DNA of 63,101 nt, counting the filler, from Welwitschia mirabilis (Eukaryota), in assembly GCA_051453625.1 (NCBI GenBank). It is 7 parts of one record of this genome, joined end to end, with 100 filler letters (N's around TTAATTAATTAA, not from the genome) between each part and the next. Parts side by side here need not be neighbours in the genome. Positions count along the whole stretch, not along the records: positions 17,892 to 37,800 come from JBOZIK010000001.1; positions 37,901 to 45,946 come from JBOZIK010000001.1; 5 more parts are not named here. One strand, written 5' to 3'. The translations under genes were made by a program, and so were the position numbers. The notes under the pieces are model-generated. The model was not told the DNA's origin, searched no databases, and saw nothing but the letters and a program-made list of their open reading frames with translations. Positions 25,401-38,841 of this stretch are shown here, piece after piece (the stretch's first letter is position 1; every line of letters begins with the position of its first letter).

Positions 25401-26889
25401 TATTAATGGTATAGAAAATGAAAATTACAAAAATAAATCTACTAAACTATAATAAAAATATAGCACTAATTTAAATAATCAACCAAAACTAAAATATAAA
25501 GTACTTATCTAATATAGTAATAATCCTCAAGCTTCTTATGACCTTTCCCAACAAGGGCACTAAAATATTATGGTGTGAATTTATGCAAGCTCTAAGTCCT
25601 TAAACAAAACTTGTAAATCACAATTCTTATAGGAAAACACACACTAGTATAGATGGGAGTTAACTCAAATGTATAAGCNNNNNNNNNNGCACTAGGTTAA
25701 AAGTTAGAGAATTGATTTTATAAAGTATTTTTAGTTTTTTCCCTTTAGTAAATGAAAAATAGAATAATGAAAATGCAATACAAGTTAAATGATGATAAAA
25801 TGCAAATGAAATGCAATGAATAATAAATCTATTTGACTATCAATCTTCCTGTCACTAAGATTACTCATTATAACTTAGATCAATTAAGGAAACTATCATT
25901 TAATCCTTATCAACATAAGATATAAGATACATTAAAAAAATATGCAATTATGAAAATGTAATATGAAATGAATGAAAATCTAAACTAACAATGTCAACCT
26001 TAATAAAGGTTGATATTATGATCTAGATAAACTATTTAACTATTACCAAATCATAATAAACTTAAACCATAAGAAAGGTTCACATAATAGAAGTGAAAAG
26101 AGTTCTTATATTAATCATAAATTAACATCCACTTTCAAACAAAGTAGTAGCACCTCAATGAAGGATATATAGCCTAACATCAAGGAAGACTTTTCTTTAT
26201 AGCATAGGATGAATTTTCTATTCTTCAATTTCCCATCACAAGAATATCCAATATAAAAGATGAATTGGAAATGACGACAAGGGAGGTATCTATCATTTTA
26301 CATTAGGGTTTCTAGTGTCATAACCCTAAAAGTCAGAGAAGAAACCTTAGCAGGCTAGATGGGTTGCATTACCTCATTACAAGATAATTTAATTTCATTT
26401 ATACAAAATAGTTATCATCCTAACGGACATGTGGACACTATTGGAAATGATGCCATATAATAATAGATGAGTCATCAGCTTCTGGCTCTACAATAGTTCT
26501 ATAGTTGGATGTAAATATGTTTTTGTCCTCCCTCTCTTGGGGATAACACCTTCTTAGAAAGGGGACTCATTGGCTCCTACCTATAGTTCACATTAGCTTC
26601 ACAATTAGCTAATAAAGTGCTATCATTCTAACTATCATTGAAATGATAGTGGGAACGACATCCTTTAAAAGATCTGTAGCTTAAAAGAAATTGATCTCTA
26701 CATTATTAATCTTTCATTTAAAGTACTAAGTATAATAATATGCTTGAAATTCCTCCAAATATGTTACGAATTATGTGTTTCTATGATCATTTCATTAACT
26801 CTTCGTAATATTACATCTAAACCTATATATATGTCTTATAAAAGTACTTAAAATTCCCCATCAAAATCCTATAAACTAGAATTACATAA
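19417..26889 (-). mobile_element. Old two-LTR Athila-type element, apparently non-autonomous (3' LTR 19417-20709, 5' LTR 25566-26889)
   Basis: The two ~1.3-kb direct repeats align throughout (cactagtata.atgggagttaac, ggttcacataatagaagtga, tacattagggtttcta). PPT-type tagcccttcacttagcc follows 20709 and a degenerate Asp PBS ttcccaacaagggcacta lies at 25545-25562. No RT or integrase is recognisable inside, and no convincing TSD. Confidence 0.85.
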
Positions 26890-27389
26890 GAGAGATTAGG
26901 ATTAGGGATATAAGTAGTTCAATATTTGTTTTCATGATGTTTTAGCATATTTTATTTTTCCTTACTTATTTTTTATCTTTTCTTCTCAACTTTAAATTCT
27001 TGTTTTATGTCTCTAAAAATGTTTAACTTATTGCTTTTAATAATTATTATTTAAATTATTAAAATTCAAGAATAATTTTTCTACTTCATAAGGATGTCGT
27101 CTTTGGAATTCTCAAAAGACTGACTTCAAATGAAATGAATTTATTTATTAAAAATAATTTTTTATATAGAACTAAAACCATTTGATTTAAATATAATTCA
27201 TATATTGTTCATGATGTTTAATGGAATATCTTTTTGATATGCTAAAATGTGATGCACTATACATTTAACAATGTAAGAAACTTTATATTTGAGTGTTAAT
27301 TTTCATCTTTTTTTAAATTATAATTTATCTTACTTCTGTTCTTTCCTGCTTTCTTTGTTAGGGACTGACAAATTCTTAGCGAGGGACTA

Positions 27390-29135
27390 TGTTATGATCC
27401 AAATTAGCTATATTTAACACCATGTTTGAAGTGTGTTTTTAGGTTCTTTTAATAAGTTTAATACTCAAATTAACCATCTTTGATGTCAAATATCAAAGAT
27501 AAAGAATGCATAATAATTTGAATAAAAAAAGAGTAATTATTAAGCATTCAATGAGGACATGTAAAAGAAGATGTTATACCAAAAGATATTACATCAAGAA
27601 AACATTATGTCAAAAAGACATTATGCCCATAATATGTTACACTAAGAAGATATTACATAAAGAAGAAATTCCACATAATCAAGAATATATTACATAAAAA
27701 AAACATTATATCAAGAGCATATTATCCCAAAAAGAAATTACACCAAGAAGATGGGATAGTAAGAAGATATCACATCAAGAAGGCATTACAGCNNNNNNNN
27801 NNNNNNNNNNNNNNNNNNNNNNNNNNNNNNNNNNNNNNNNNNNNNNNNNNNNNNNNNNNNNNNNNNNNNNNNNNNNNNNNNNNNNNNNNNNNNNNNNNNN
27901 NNNNNNNNNNNNNNNNNNNNNNNNNNNNNNNNNNNNNNNNNNNNNNNNNNNNNNNNNNNNNNNNNNNNNNNNNNNNNNNNNNNNNNNNNNNNNNNNNNNN
28001 NNNNNNNNNNNNNNNNNNNNNNNNNNNNNNNNNNNNNNNNNNNNNNNNNNNNNNNNNNNNNNNNNNNNNNNNNNNNNNNNNNNNNNNNNNNNNNNNNNNN
28101 NNNNNNNNNNNNNNNNNNNNNNNNNNNNNNNNNNNNNNNNNNNNNNNNNNNNNNNNNNNNNNNNNNNNNNNNNNNNNNNNNNNNNNNNNNNNNNNNNNNN
28201 NNNNNNNNNNNNNNNNNNNNNNNNNNNNNNNNNNNNNNNNNNNNNNNNNNNNNNNNNNNNNNAAATGTTACATTAAGAAGACATTAAATTAAGAAGATAT
28301 TTTACCAAGAAGACATTACATCAAGAAGACATTCTACATAATCAAGAAGATGTTACATTAAGAAAGATGATACACTAATAATACATTACATCAAAAAGAT
28401 GGTACATCAAGAAGACACATAAAAAAAAATGTTACACCAAGAAGTTACAAAATTAGTAATATAATTACTCTTGATTTGTTACTATTCCTTGAGAACCTAA
28501 ATAGCTAATACAAACTCATAAATACCCATCTTAGATTACCCATTTTCTTATTTTTGATTTATCAATTAATCTTGTGATGATTTGAGATCGATTAAGTAAG
28601 ACCTCCATCCTAGTTATAAATAAGGACATTTCCTAGTATTGGATGTATCTACTTCATTGAGAAGTTCTTAATTTAAAAGAGGATGTGGATATTTTGATTA
28701 ATAAAGATATTGGTTAAAGTATTCTTTTAAATTATCTTTTAATTTTCCTTATAGTTTATGTTAATTACATTTAATTAATAGTTATTTATAAGTAATATAG
28801 ATTATAAAGGCTAACTTCAATAACAACAAGTAAATGCACTTAGTTAGTATTTCCATTTAGGTTGCATCCATCTTTACATCTTGCATTCATTCATTGCATC
28901 ATTTCCTTTTTATTGATTTATCATTCTAAATTTTGAATAAGAAATCATTTCAGTTTATTTTCTTTTAATTAAAGCAATCTCCTAAGTTCTTGCTTAGAAT
29001 TCCTCTCTAGAGTATGAATTTAAATTAACTTCCATATATTAGTTTTTTTTAGTTTTGTTGAGATTTTCAAGAATTAAAGCTAAAGGATCTATTAGATAAA
29101 TACAATAGATTAATCACACAATTTGAATCCTAACA
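27390..29135 (+). mobile_element. 3' LTR of an older plus-strand gypsy element, preceded by its PPT
   Basis: gggactgacaaattcttagcgagggacta precedes TGTTATGATCC and mirrors the reverse complement of 51026-51060. The region ends ...cctaaca, giving TGTTA/TAACA termini. Confidence 0.6.
27562..28445 (+). repeat. Degenerate ~16-bp minisatellite (consensus ~AAGAAGACATTACATC), with a gap in the middle
   Basis: Units include aagaagacattacatc, aagaagatgttacatt, aagaagatatcacatc and aagaaggcattacagc on both sides of the N run. Confidence 0.85.
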
Positions 29136-30026
29136 TTAGTTAATTAAAGAATAGATGGAACTACTAGGAAGTGATAGAAGGCATTAAGATTCACTACTAC
29201 ATGATGGTGGTAGGTTAAAAGGAGAGTATTCTGAAAAATAAAAATCTTTAAAAGAGGATGTAATAAATGAGAAGGGAAAAGAGAATGAAGATTCTTTAAC
29301 AATATTATTTTCTATTTATATTCATGTCTTAGAGCCATGGTAGTAATGAGCTAGCATAGCTACTTCCAAGCCCTTATTATGACAATAAAAAAGATGTGTT
29401 GATGCATATTGTCTTTCTTAGGCTTAAAAAATACAATAGCGCTTTATTTATAAGATACAATCTTGGACTTATTTTAAAGGATAGATATAAATTAAATATT
29501 ATAGGTAATTTTTCTTGAGGTATTGAGGAAACAAGGAATAGGACTAGAGTGATGTCTAGTTCCTGGGGGCATTTTTATAAAATGAATTTAAAAAAATAAA
29601 GAAAATAAAAAGAGAAAAGGATAAGGGTAGAAACGAAAAGAGCTTCCTTAAGAAAGGATGCATCCTCTTGATTGCTCCAAGATCTTCCTATACTAGGGGA
29701 AGTAAGATAGGTGTTAACTATTAGATTCAAGGGTTCTAATAAGTCTTCCCTCTAGGTTAAATTGGTGAGCTAGGATAAGGTTTAGATAAGGAATAAGAAT
29801 GCACCTAAGGAGTGATCTTCATGCAAGTGATATAAGTTCTCCTTCATAGGAAGAGGTTGCCTGAATTATGTTCTCTATTCATTATCTTTGAGATACTTAA
29901 AAAATAAAAGTCTTAAGATGTAAAGAAAAACTATATTTATTGCAAAAATTATCATAAAAATCACTACCCATTCTCTTGCTCTTCATCATCCCGTTTGAGA
30001 GATGGTTACATGGTATTTATTTTATG

Positions 30027-30051
30027 GGAGGAGGAGGAGAAGGAGGAGGAG
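30027..30051 (+). repeat. Imperfect (GGA)n microsatellite
   Basis: ggaggaggaggagaaggaggaggag. Confidence 0.85.
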
Positions 30052-33000
30052 CTATAACATTATATAAGAAAATACAAAGAGAATATGTAAATAGCTAGTA
30101 TAAATACATGTAAATAAGGAAATCATTAGATGTATTATTTGGTATCCTTTGGTATCTTTATCACCAGAGAATATGTGTTTCCATGCTTACTTAAAGTTAG
30201 AACTATCATGAAGATAAGGCTAGCTATCTAAAAAGTAGATGAAGGGATATGAACACCTATAGTTCATGAATAAATCATCTAGGATGGATGGATCATTAAG
30301 AATTAAGAGAAAATGTAAAGAGGACTTCCCATATATGGGAACATATAAGTAGAAGAAAAAAGAAGAGACTACCTACTTTAGTTAAAAATAGAGAAGAGGA
30401 AGTAACATGGAAGAATGGGAAGGAAGTAAAGTAATAGTAACCCATGTAGGTCTTTATATATAAATCTAGATTAGCAGTAACTTTAATGGACTAATATAGA
30501 GGACTAGCTATTGTGATTTCTCATATAGTTATTTTAGCTAAGTGGTACTCCATATGATTGTTATAATCAATAAGTATTTATGTATAGTAGTGAACTAGAT
30601 TTGACTAGGTATGAATCTAGTATTATGTTTTAAGAAGGATATATATGATAACTTAATTTAAAAATACAAGATTATTATAACTTATAATAACTGAAAACAA
30701 AAGAAAAATTAAAAGTTTAGAAAGAAATAATCTTTAATTATTGACACAAGGGAACAAAAGAAGTCCAAGGATCTAATTAATTTACCCAATATTCAACTTT
30801 ACTTTAATGATTCTTGTATCTTAAAATATAAAGTAAATTATTAAGTCGTTAAGGCTTAGTATAAAGGCATTATCTCATCCATCACATGAGTGTTGATTAG
30901 TTATCTAGGTAAACTAATCTATCATAGCCCTTTATAAGTACAAAAATTATAAATAAATATGCACAAGGTCCATTAAATAATAACAAATATAATATACTAA
31001 ATGTAACCTCAAATAACTCACTTTTTACAAAAGAACTTGGTAATTAAGTAAGCTCATCTAAAGATTTTCTAATACCTATTTTAGTGCATTAATAATGAAA
31101 GCATTTAAATAAATTTTTAAATTAAAATCTCAAATATATATATATATTACATCAAATTAATAATAGTAAAGAGTAATAATCCTCAACAAGCCTTTGATCA
31201 TTTCATGCCCAAGAAAGATAATAATAGCAACAGGATGTCCTAGCATCTAAGTCTTTCCCACATTAATCCCATTAAAAAAATGTTTACAATGGGTAGTTAA
31301 GGCTCTTTTTATACTTTAGGAAAGGATCTAAGAGCTTTTTCATGATTGTTTTAGGTGTTATCATGATGCATTAAATGGGTTGTTATAAAAGGGATGTTAC
31401 ATTAGGATGGTTACTTAAGGAGGAATTTACAAGTTTTTGTCATGTAGTCACAAGGAAAGATTCTTCATTTTCTTATGAAAGCATAGCAATGACATATTCT
31501 TTGACTACTGTTGATGCTTCCAATAGGTATTATGTCATGTATCTTCTATGTGTTCATCCTCATTATGCCACACGTCACTGTGATGTAGCATCTTATACTT
31601 TTACCAAGTATTATTAGATTTGAATATTTATTTTGAATTTTTTTTATTTAGCCTATAAGTAAAATTTGTTGAATTTTTCTAGTAGATGTAGAAACATGAG
31701 TTTGGAGCATGTTTCCTTAGGAGGCTGGCAAAATCAATAGTTCTAATCAATAACACTAATGTTTTTTGCTATATTACCTTTAGGTTTTGCAATGTTATCT
31801 AGAATAAAGCAATAAACCTATTCATGTTAGGGAAAATGTGATAATTTCATGAAAACATGACATAAAGGATAAAATATAACATTTTATCATAAATTGATGA
31901 ATTAAATGTATTTTCTTGTATAAAATTGATCTATTATACTTACTAAAAATGTTAATTTTTACATGTAAATACATCTTGTAACCATATTTTTACTAGCCTC
32001 TTAGAAAAATGTTAATGAAGAAATGATGAAGATGGAAAAATTGTTTAAGATAAATAGAAAGTAAGAAAATGATATGATGTTTTTGAAACTTTTGATCATT
32101 TTTTAATACATAAGGCATTAAAATTAGAAAAACATTTTGTAAAGATGAATGTCACATCCCCTAATCAAAACTAATCTTTATCTTTAAAATTACAAAGAGA
32201 TAGAAAATTTATGCAAGACTTTTAGGGATAGCTTAATGTATCAAAATGATTTTACATTATGAGTTTTGGTAAAATCCTAGTTTTAATGATTTTACTTATC
32301 AAATATGATGTGTCCAATACATAGATAAGTAAAATTGGAGAACATTGAAATTGCAAAAAGGATCAATCCAACAAAAAACTTAAGGTTAAAAGTACACAAA
32401 AGCTTAATCTTAGAATTCATGGAGGACAAACACAATTAACTAATTATGTCTCCATATGTAAAGATGTAGATACCAAAGATATCTACTATATTAAATATGT
32501 CTATACTAAACTAGAATTCATCATAGGAAAATACGTCTACTATGTTAAAGACATCTATACTAAATCAAGAAGCTAAGACAAGTAAAAGATATCTATCAAA
32601 TTAAAGATGTCTATACTGCTTTAACTATTAGAAGGTATTCATAGAGGCGAAGATGTCTATGTTGAACTAAAAGAGGTAATAGAGATAAATTATATTTTAA
32701 TGAATTATCTATATTTCAAGAAATCAAGAAAGTTTTACACTTTAGATTTGTAATTAATAAGGGTTAAATATATAACAATTCAAGTTTTATTTAAATTTGG
32801 AAAGTTTAATCAAACACATCTTTTAGGATAAAGATATCTGTCTAATAGAGACTTTTACTATTTCAAAGACATCTATCCCAAGAATTTATTAAAAAATAAA
32901 ATAGCCATTAAATGGGTAAAACTTAGTCATTTCTACTGGATAAATGTAAGAAAGACATCAAAGGTAAAAAGAGAATAAAGAGAGAAGAAAAATAAGTTAC

Positions 33001-33692
33001 TCACATGAGTGATTGGTAATATACATGAATCTTTCAGTAATCTTAATAAAGCAGACTATCTGATGATTATATTACTTGATCATTAGTTCTTACATAGCTA
33101 CATTATCCTACTCTTAGACATTCATGGGTGATAATAATAAGGGATAACTTAAGCATTTCATTAAATTTACATCTTTTTAGGTTTGTTATCTCCTTTTATT
33201 ATCATTGTTTATTGAATCTTAAATTATAAGGGCTATCAGATTTTAAATACACTCATTATAATATATTTTTTACTTTCACTCTTATAATTCCTTGCTAGGA
33301 TTTCCAAATTGTAAGTAAACCCTTATTTGGATAAATTTATGTAAGTTTCTATGGGTATATTTTTGTTTTAATTTATTATATATCCCTAAAGGAAAGATAG
33401 TAATACCTTAAGAGGATTACCTTAGTCGTATATAAGGTTGGCGATTCTCTAAAACCACTATTTTATAGGTTAAGAATATTCAAAGGTGTGAGAAAAAGAT
33501 ACTCTCTATTTGTAGATGTATCCAAGTTGGGGAACCACATTAATTTGCTATAGTATTTATTGTGTAAAAATTAATTTATTTTAGTAGAGTTTTTATTTGA
33601 TAAAACTCATTTACTCATTTTATTTAAGATAAATGATGCTTAAGTAGTATTAGAGTGGTAATCATAAAAAGGAGTAACATTCTTGAGTAAAC

Positions 33693-35010
33693 TATGAAAG
33701 GGGTGCCATTTGTTAGACCTACACTCTTTGATGGAACTAATTATGCCCATTATAAGATGAGAATGTAGGTATACTTATAAGTTTTAGATTTGGTAAAGCA
33801 TTGAATATGAATATTAAAATGTATAGAAATCATATTAGATGCTTCAAGAATTCCATTATACAAATTAAACCTAGAAGGGAGTGGGAAGACAAAGAAAAGA
33901 TGACCTTCATGTATGACTCAAAAGTAAAAATGCTTCCTACTCAGCCCTTAGATTGGAAGAATTTAATAGAATAGCTAGATGTAAAACTACATACAAAATA
34001 TGAAATTTTTTAGTGGAGATACATGAAGGAACCTCTATTGTCAAGTAATAAAAGCTTTTTGTTTGGATAATAAGTTTAAAAATCTCAATATGAATAATTG
34101 AGAGAGAGTACATGAGTACTTTACAAGAGTTTCTAACATAGTGAATGTCATACATGGGATTGATGAAAATCTTCCAAGGCCTAAAGTAATCTAAAAGGTT
34201 ATTAGATCCTTAACTTTAGAATATAGGCCTAAAACAATAGCCATGAAAGAATCAAAAGACTTTAACTCAATAAATATTGAAAAATTATAAAGTGATTTAA
34301 TGGCTTACAAAATTAATCTTATTTAAGATGATGCTATAAAGTATAAGCCTATCACTCTTAAAGCTTGTGAAAATATAAGGTAAACTTTAAAGGAAAAATA
34401 AAAGAAGAATTATATGGAGATAACTCTAAAGATAATATGGAAGAAAAACTTGCTCAAATTATAAGGTAAGTTAAAAGATTTCTTTCACAAAAGAACAATA
34501 GGAATAAAGACTATCGAAAATCATCCATGTTTTAAGCTAAAGGTAATTTCAAGAGTAAAACATTTAGTAGCTATTCACTTTATTCTAGGTCTCATATGTC
34601 TAAGTTAGAATGTTGGATTTTTGAAGGAGTATACATAGCTTCAGAATGTTCTAGCTCTTAAAGATTATAAGAAAATGTATCAAAAAAAAAGAAAAAAAAT
34701 ATTCCAAGAATTGGAGATCTTTCTTTATGGGATGAAATAATGATGATGATGTAATTGAAGTAGGAAAATTTGATGAGAAAAGAGTTTAGTCATATTACAT
34801 GGCCATTTTGTATATCTAAAAGGAAAATAAAAAAAAGAAAATAAGAAACTAAATTAGATAGTAAAGGTAAAACATGTATGGAACTTCAAAATAGATATGA
34901 TTTAATTTTTGAACAGTTCATTAAGTTATAAAAGATATATGATAAAATGAAGAAAATACTTCATTCTTACGAACTAATGTTTGAACATGAAATAGATTCT
35001 TGTAATACGT
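33693..35010 (+). pseudogene. Copia gag, N-terminal part
   Basis: RPTLFDGTNYAHYKMRM, EEFNRIARCKTTYKI*NFLVEIHEGTSIVK and KVIRSLTLEYRPKTIAMKESKD (UBN2-type copia gag), with many stops. Confidence 0.85.
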
Positions 35011-36978
35011 TATTGTAGTGGGAATTTATGTAATGTTTTATGCCTTAATTTAAATCCTGTTAATTACAAATAAAATGCATAAATATAGCACGCTAGTATA
35101 ATCGGAGGGATCCGAATGTCGTGATTTCATCGAAGGCTAATGGTATGAATAATAAAGAGTTGATTTCAAGAAAGAAATATGTAACTTTAATCTACTCAAA
35201 TAAATTTCAATGCATAGAATTAAAATAGTGATGCAAAATTACTCTATTCAAAGAAATAGTAANNNNNNNNNNNNNNNNNNNNNNNNNNNNNNNNNNNNNN
35301 NNNNNNNNNNNNNNNNNNNNNNNNNNNNNNNNNNNNNNNNNNNNNNNNNNNNNNNNNNNNNNNNNNNNNNNNNNNNNNNNNNNNNNNNNNNNNNNNNNNN
35401 NNNNNNNNNNNNNNNNNNNNNNNNNNNNNNNNNNNNNNNNNNNNNNNNNNNNNNNNNNNNNNNNNNNNNNNNNNNNNNNNNNNNNNNNNNNNNNNNNNNN
35501 NNNNNNNNNNNNNNNNNNNNNNNNNNNNNNNNNNNNNNNNNNNNNNNNNNNNNNNNNNNNNNNNNNNNNNNNNNNNNNNNNNNNNNNNNNNNNNNNNNNN
35601 NNNNNNNNNNNNNNNNNNNNNNNNNNNNNNNNNNNNNNNNNNNNNNNNNNNNNNNNNNNNNNNNNNNNNNNNNNNNNNNNNNNNNNNNNNNNNNNNNNNN
35701 NNNNNNNNNNNNNNNNNNNNNNNNNNNNNNNNNNNNNNNNNNNNNNNNNNNNNNNNNNNNNNNNNNNNNNNNNNNNNNNNNNNNNNNNNNNNNNNNNNNN
35801 NNNNNNNNNNNNNNNNNNNNNNNNNNNNNNNNNNNNNNNNNNNNNNNNNNNNNNNNNNNNNNNNNNNNNNNNNNNNNNNNNNNNNNNNNNNNNNNNNNNN
35901 NNNNNNNNNNNNNNNNNNNNNNNNNNNNNNNNNNNNNNNNNNNNNNNNNNNNNNNNNNNNNNNNNNNNNNNNNNNNNNNNNNNNNNNNNNNNNNNNNNNN
36001 NNNNNNNNNNNNNNNNNNNNNNNNNNNNNNNNNNNNNNNNNNNNNNNNNNNNNNNNNNNNNNNNNNNNNNNNNNNNNNNNNNNNNNNNNNNNNNNNNNNN
36101 NNNNNNNNNNNNNNNNNNNNNNNNNNNNNNNNNNNNNNNNNNNNNNNNNNNNNNNNNNNNNNNNNNNNNNNNNNNNNNNNNNNNNNNNNNNNNNNNNNNN
36201 NNNNNNNNNNNNNNNNNNNNNNATCTTTATTTATAGAAAGAAAGGAAAAAGAAACTGATAAAAAAGTAAAGGAGAAACCCTAGCTGACATGCAAAGTAAG
36301 GTCGAAATAAAGTAGTAATAACTTAAGAAAACATTTGGTAAAACTATGGAAAAACAATATCATCTTTATGATCATCCGGACAAAGGAGGAGATGATGAGG
36401 ATTGATAATTGGAACTTTGATTCTGCTTTAGTTTATCTACCTGTTGGACTGCATGTGAACTATTTTTGACTGGTTTTCGAGATGTCATTCACTAGTGACG
36501 TCTGAATGATTAGGTGGAAGACTATATCTAATAGGAACATTTTAGTTTATCTAGAAGTTATCTAGATGTGAACTCTATCATTTACTTAGTTGAAGTTATC
36601 GTCCTGATTATCGTGTGGACGATGGAGGGGATGACAGTTTTTTCTTGAGTTTTTGTTAGTGAAATTACTTTGTCATCTACAAGAATCATGATCCAAAATA
36701 ATATATGTCTGTATCTATATGAAATGCTTATGTTTTATCTGATATTTACATGTTTTCATCTTATGCTCCTTGATTCTTGATTGTTGTAGTAACTAAGCAT
36801 TTATCTATTATTTTATCTGCAAAACAACTCATAATATCCTATCAAATACCCATAAGTTGGCATTGCAACATAGACTCCCACTTAGCCTTATCAGTCTTTA
36901 ATAAAAATAGGTGGTAAACCATATTTACAAGCTAACTTTTCAAATAAAAACAACTAGAATATCTAAGGAGAGTATCTG

Positions 36979-37012
<34 letters not shown>
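36979..37012 (+). repeat. Compound (GT)10(AT)7 microsatellite
   Basis: Direct reading of the sequence. Confidence 0.95.
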
Positions 37013-37800
37013 TAGTAATGAACTAAATTTATAAAAATTTAAAACTCGAATAAAATACCTAGTAAGAATTAGAAGTTTGTCATCTAGTATGTTGTTTGGA
37101 TGATAACAAGGACGATAGGTTCCTCAAAGGATTTTCAGGATCTAAAACCAGTGATAGAAATCAGATTTTGTATTAATTATAAGGTTTTGATAAACAACTT
37201 CTCCTGTGATAGACTGTTAAATATAATCATGTAAAAATCAAGGAGGATTTACAACAATGATTTATCATAAAAATCAAGGAGGAATTGCAATAATAATTTA
37301 TCATAATCAAAAAAATTTATATCAAAAATATGCAACACTAAAAATATATGTGTATCTTTCTCCTCACTTAAAATGTGCAATGCGTCCTGAATTACCTAAA
37401 CTAACGAAGAAGAGAAATGTAATAATGACTGGAATGAAAAACTACTAAATGAGTAAAGTCCTAAAAAAAGAAAAAAATGTGAAAATAACTAGAAAATAGT
37501 AGATATGAAAACAGAAGAAAAGAAAAAGAAAAATAGACACAAGGAACAAGAAGAAGAGTGTTTACCTATTCTAAGTACTAATGTAGCAAACTCCAAATGA
37601 AAACATCATAACATTACCTAAGTAAAGATGCATGATAAAATATATTAACTCAATAAAGTTTATTCGAAAGGGCAGTGATTATGATGATATCCAAGGTTTC
37701 AAGTATGTAGAACAATGAAGGTCAAAATCAAAAGGTACTTAGAAATGGACTCATCTATTTCTACCTACAAACTCACCGAAATCTCTAAAAGTGAAATGAT

Positions 37801-37900
37801 NNNNNNNNNNNNNNNNNNNNNNNNNNNNNNNNNNNNNNNNNNNNTTAATTAATTAANNNNNNNNNNNNNNNNNNNNNNNNNNNNNNNNNNNNNNNNNNNN
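37801..37900. other. Artificial scaffold-join spacer
   Basis: 44N-TTAATTAATTAA-44N. Confidence 0.97.
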
Positions 37901-38841
37901 TTGACAAAGGCTGCCCTCATAATCTATATAATTAAAGAAACCTGTCACGAATCTTAAACAACATAAACTATGAGGGAGAGATTCCTGCATATACTGAAAA
38001 AAAGGGATAAATCATATTAAAAAGCATAAAAGACATCTGTATCATAAAGTAGTCATTCCTCAATGGAGGATATGCTGCCCAAAACCAAGGTAATATCTCT
38101 TTAGATTACAAGATGGTTCTCCAGTCCTAAGATCTCCTATCACGAGAATATCAGGTACTGTCAAAGATGATTAAGGATTGAGGGGGAGATCTTTAATTAT
38201 AGACAAAAAGGAAAAGGAAACTGATAGAAAAGTAAAGGAGAAACCCTAGCTGACATGAAAATTAAGGTAGCAATAAAGTAGTAACAACTTCGGAAAACAT
38301 TTAGTAATACTATGGAAAAACAGTGTCACCTTTATGATCATCTGAACGAAGGAGTAGATGACGAGGATCGATAATTGGAACTCTGGTTCTGCTTTATTTT
38401 ATCTGCCTATCAGACTGCATGTGAACTGTTGTCGACTGGTTTTTAAGATGTCATCCACTAGTGATGTCTAGACGATTATATGGACAAATATGTCTGATAG
38501 GAAGATTTCAATTTTTCTAGAAGTTATCTGAATGTGAACGTTATCATTTGCTTAGTTGAAGTTGTCATCCTGATTATCATGTAGATGACAGAGGAGATGT
38601 TAGTCTTTTCTCAATTTTTTATCAGTGAAATTGCTTTATCATCTGCAAGAATCATGATCCAAAATAATATATATCTGTATTTACATGAAATGCTTGTATT
38701 TTATCTGATCTTTACATGTTTTTATCTTATGCTCCTTGATTCTTGATTGTCATAGGAGCTAAACATTTATCTGTTATTTTATCTGCAAAACAACTTATAT
38801 TATCCTATCAAATACCCATAAGTTGGTATCGCAACATATGT

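Larger units (their letters stand above)
35011..38836 (-). mobile_element. Athila-type LTR element inserted in the copia gag, with most of its interior missing at the scaffold join
   Basis: The left LTR (35011-36870) ends gttggcattgcaaca, followed by PPT-type tagactcccacttagcc. The right LTR ends gttggtatcgcaaca at 38836. 36223-36870 aligns with ~38189-38836. TSD tacgt (35006-35010) / tatgt (38837-38841). Confidence 0.9.

Noticed and set aside
27562-28445. Short periodic repeats as a CRISPR-like array, and ORF 27506-27697
   Set aside because: There are no unique spacers, the units are degenerate and head-to-tail, and the context is a plant LTR. The ORF is a translation of the repeat.
29136-32023. 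AT-rich interval including ORF 31375-31617
   Set aside because: No recognisable protein motif or terminal structure. Likely old TE debris.
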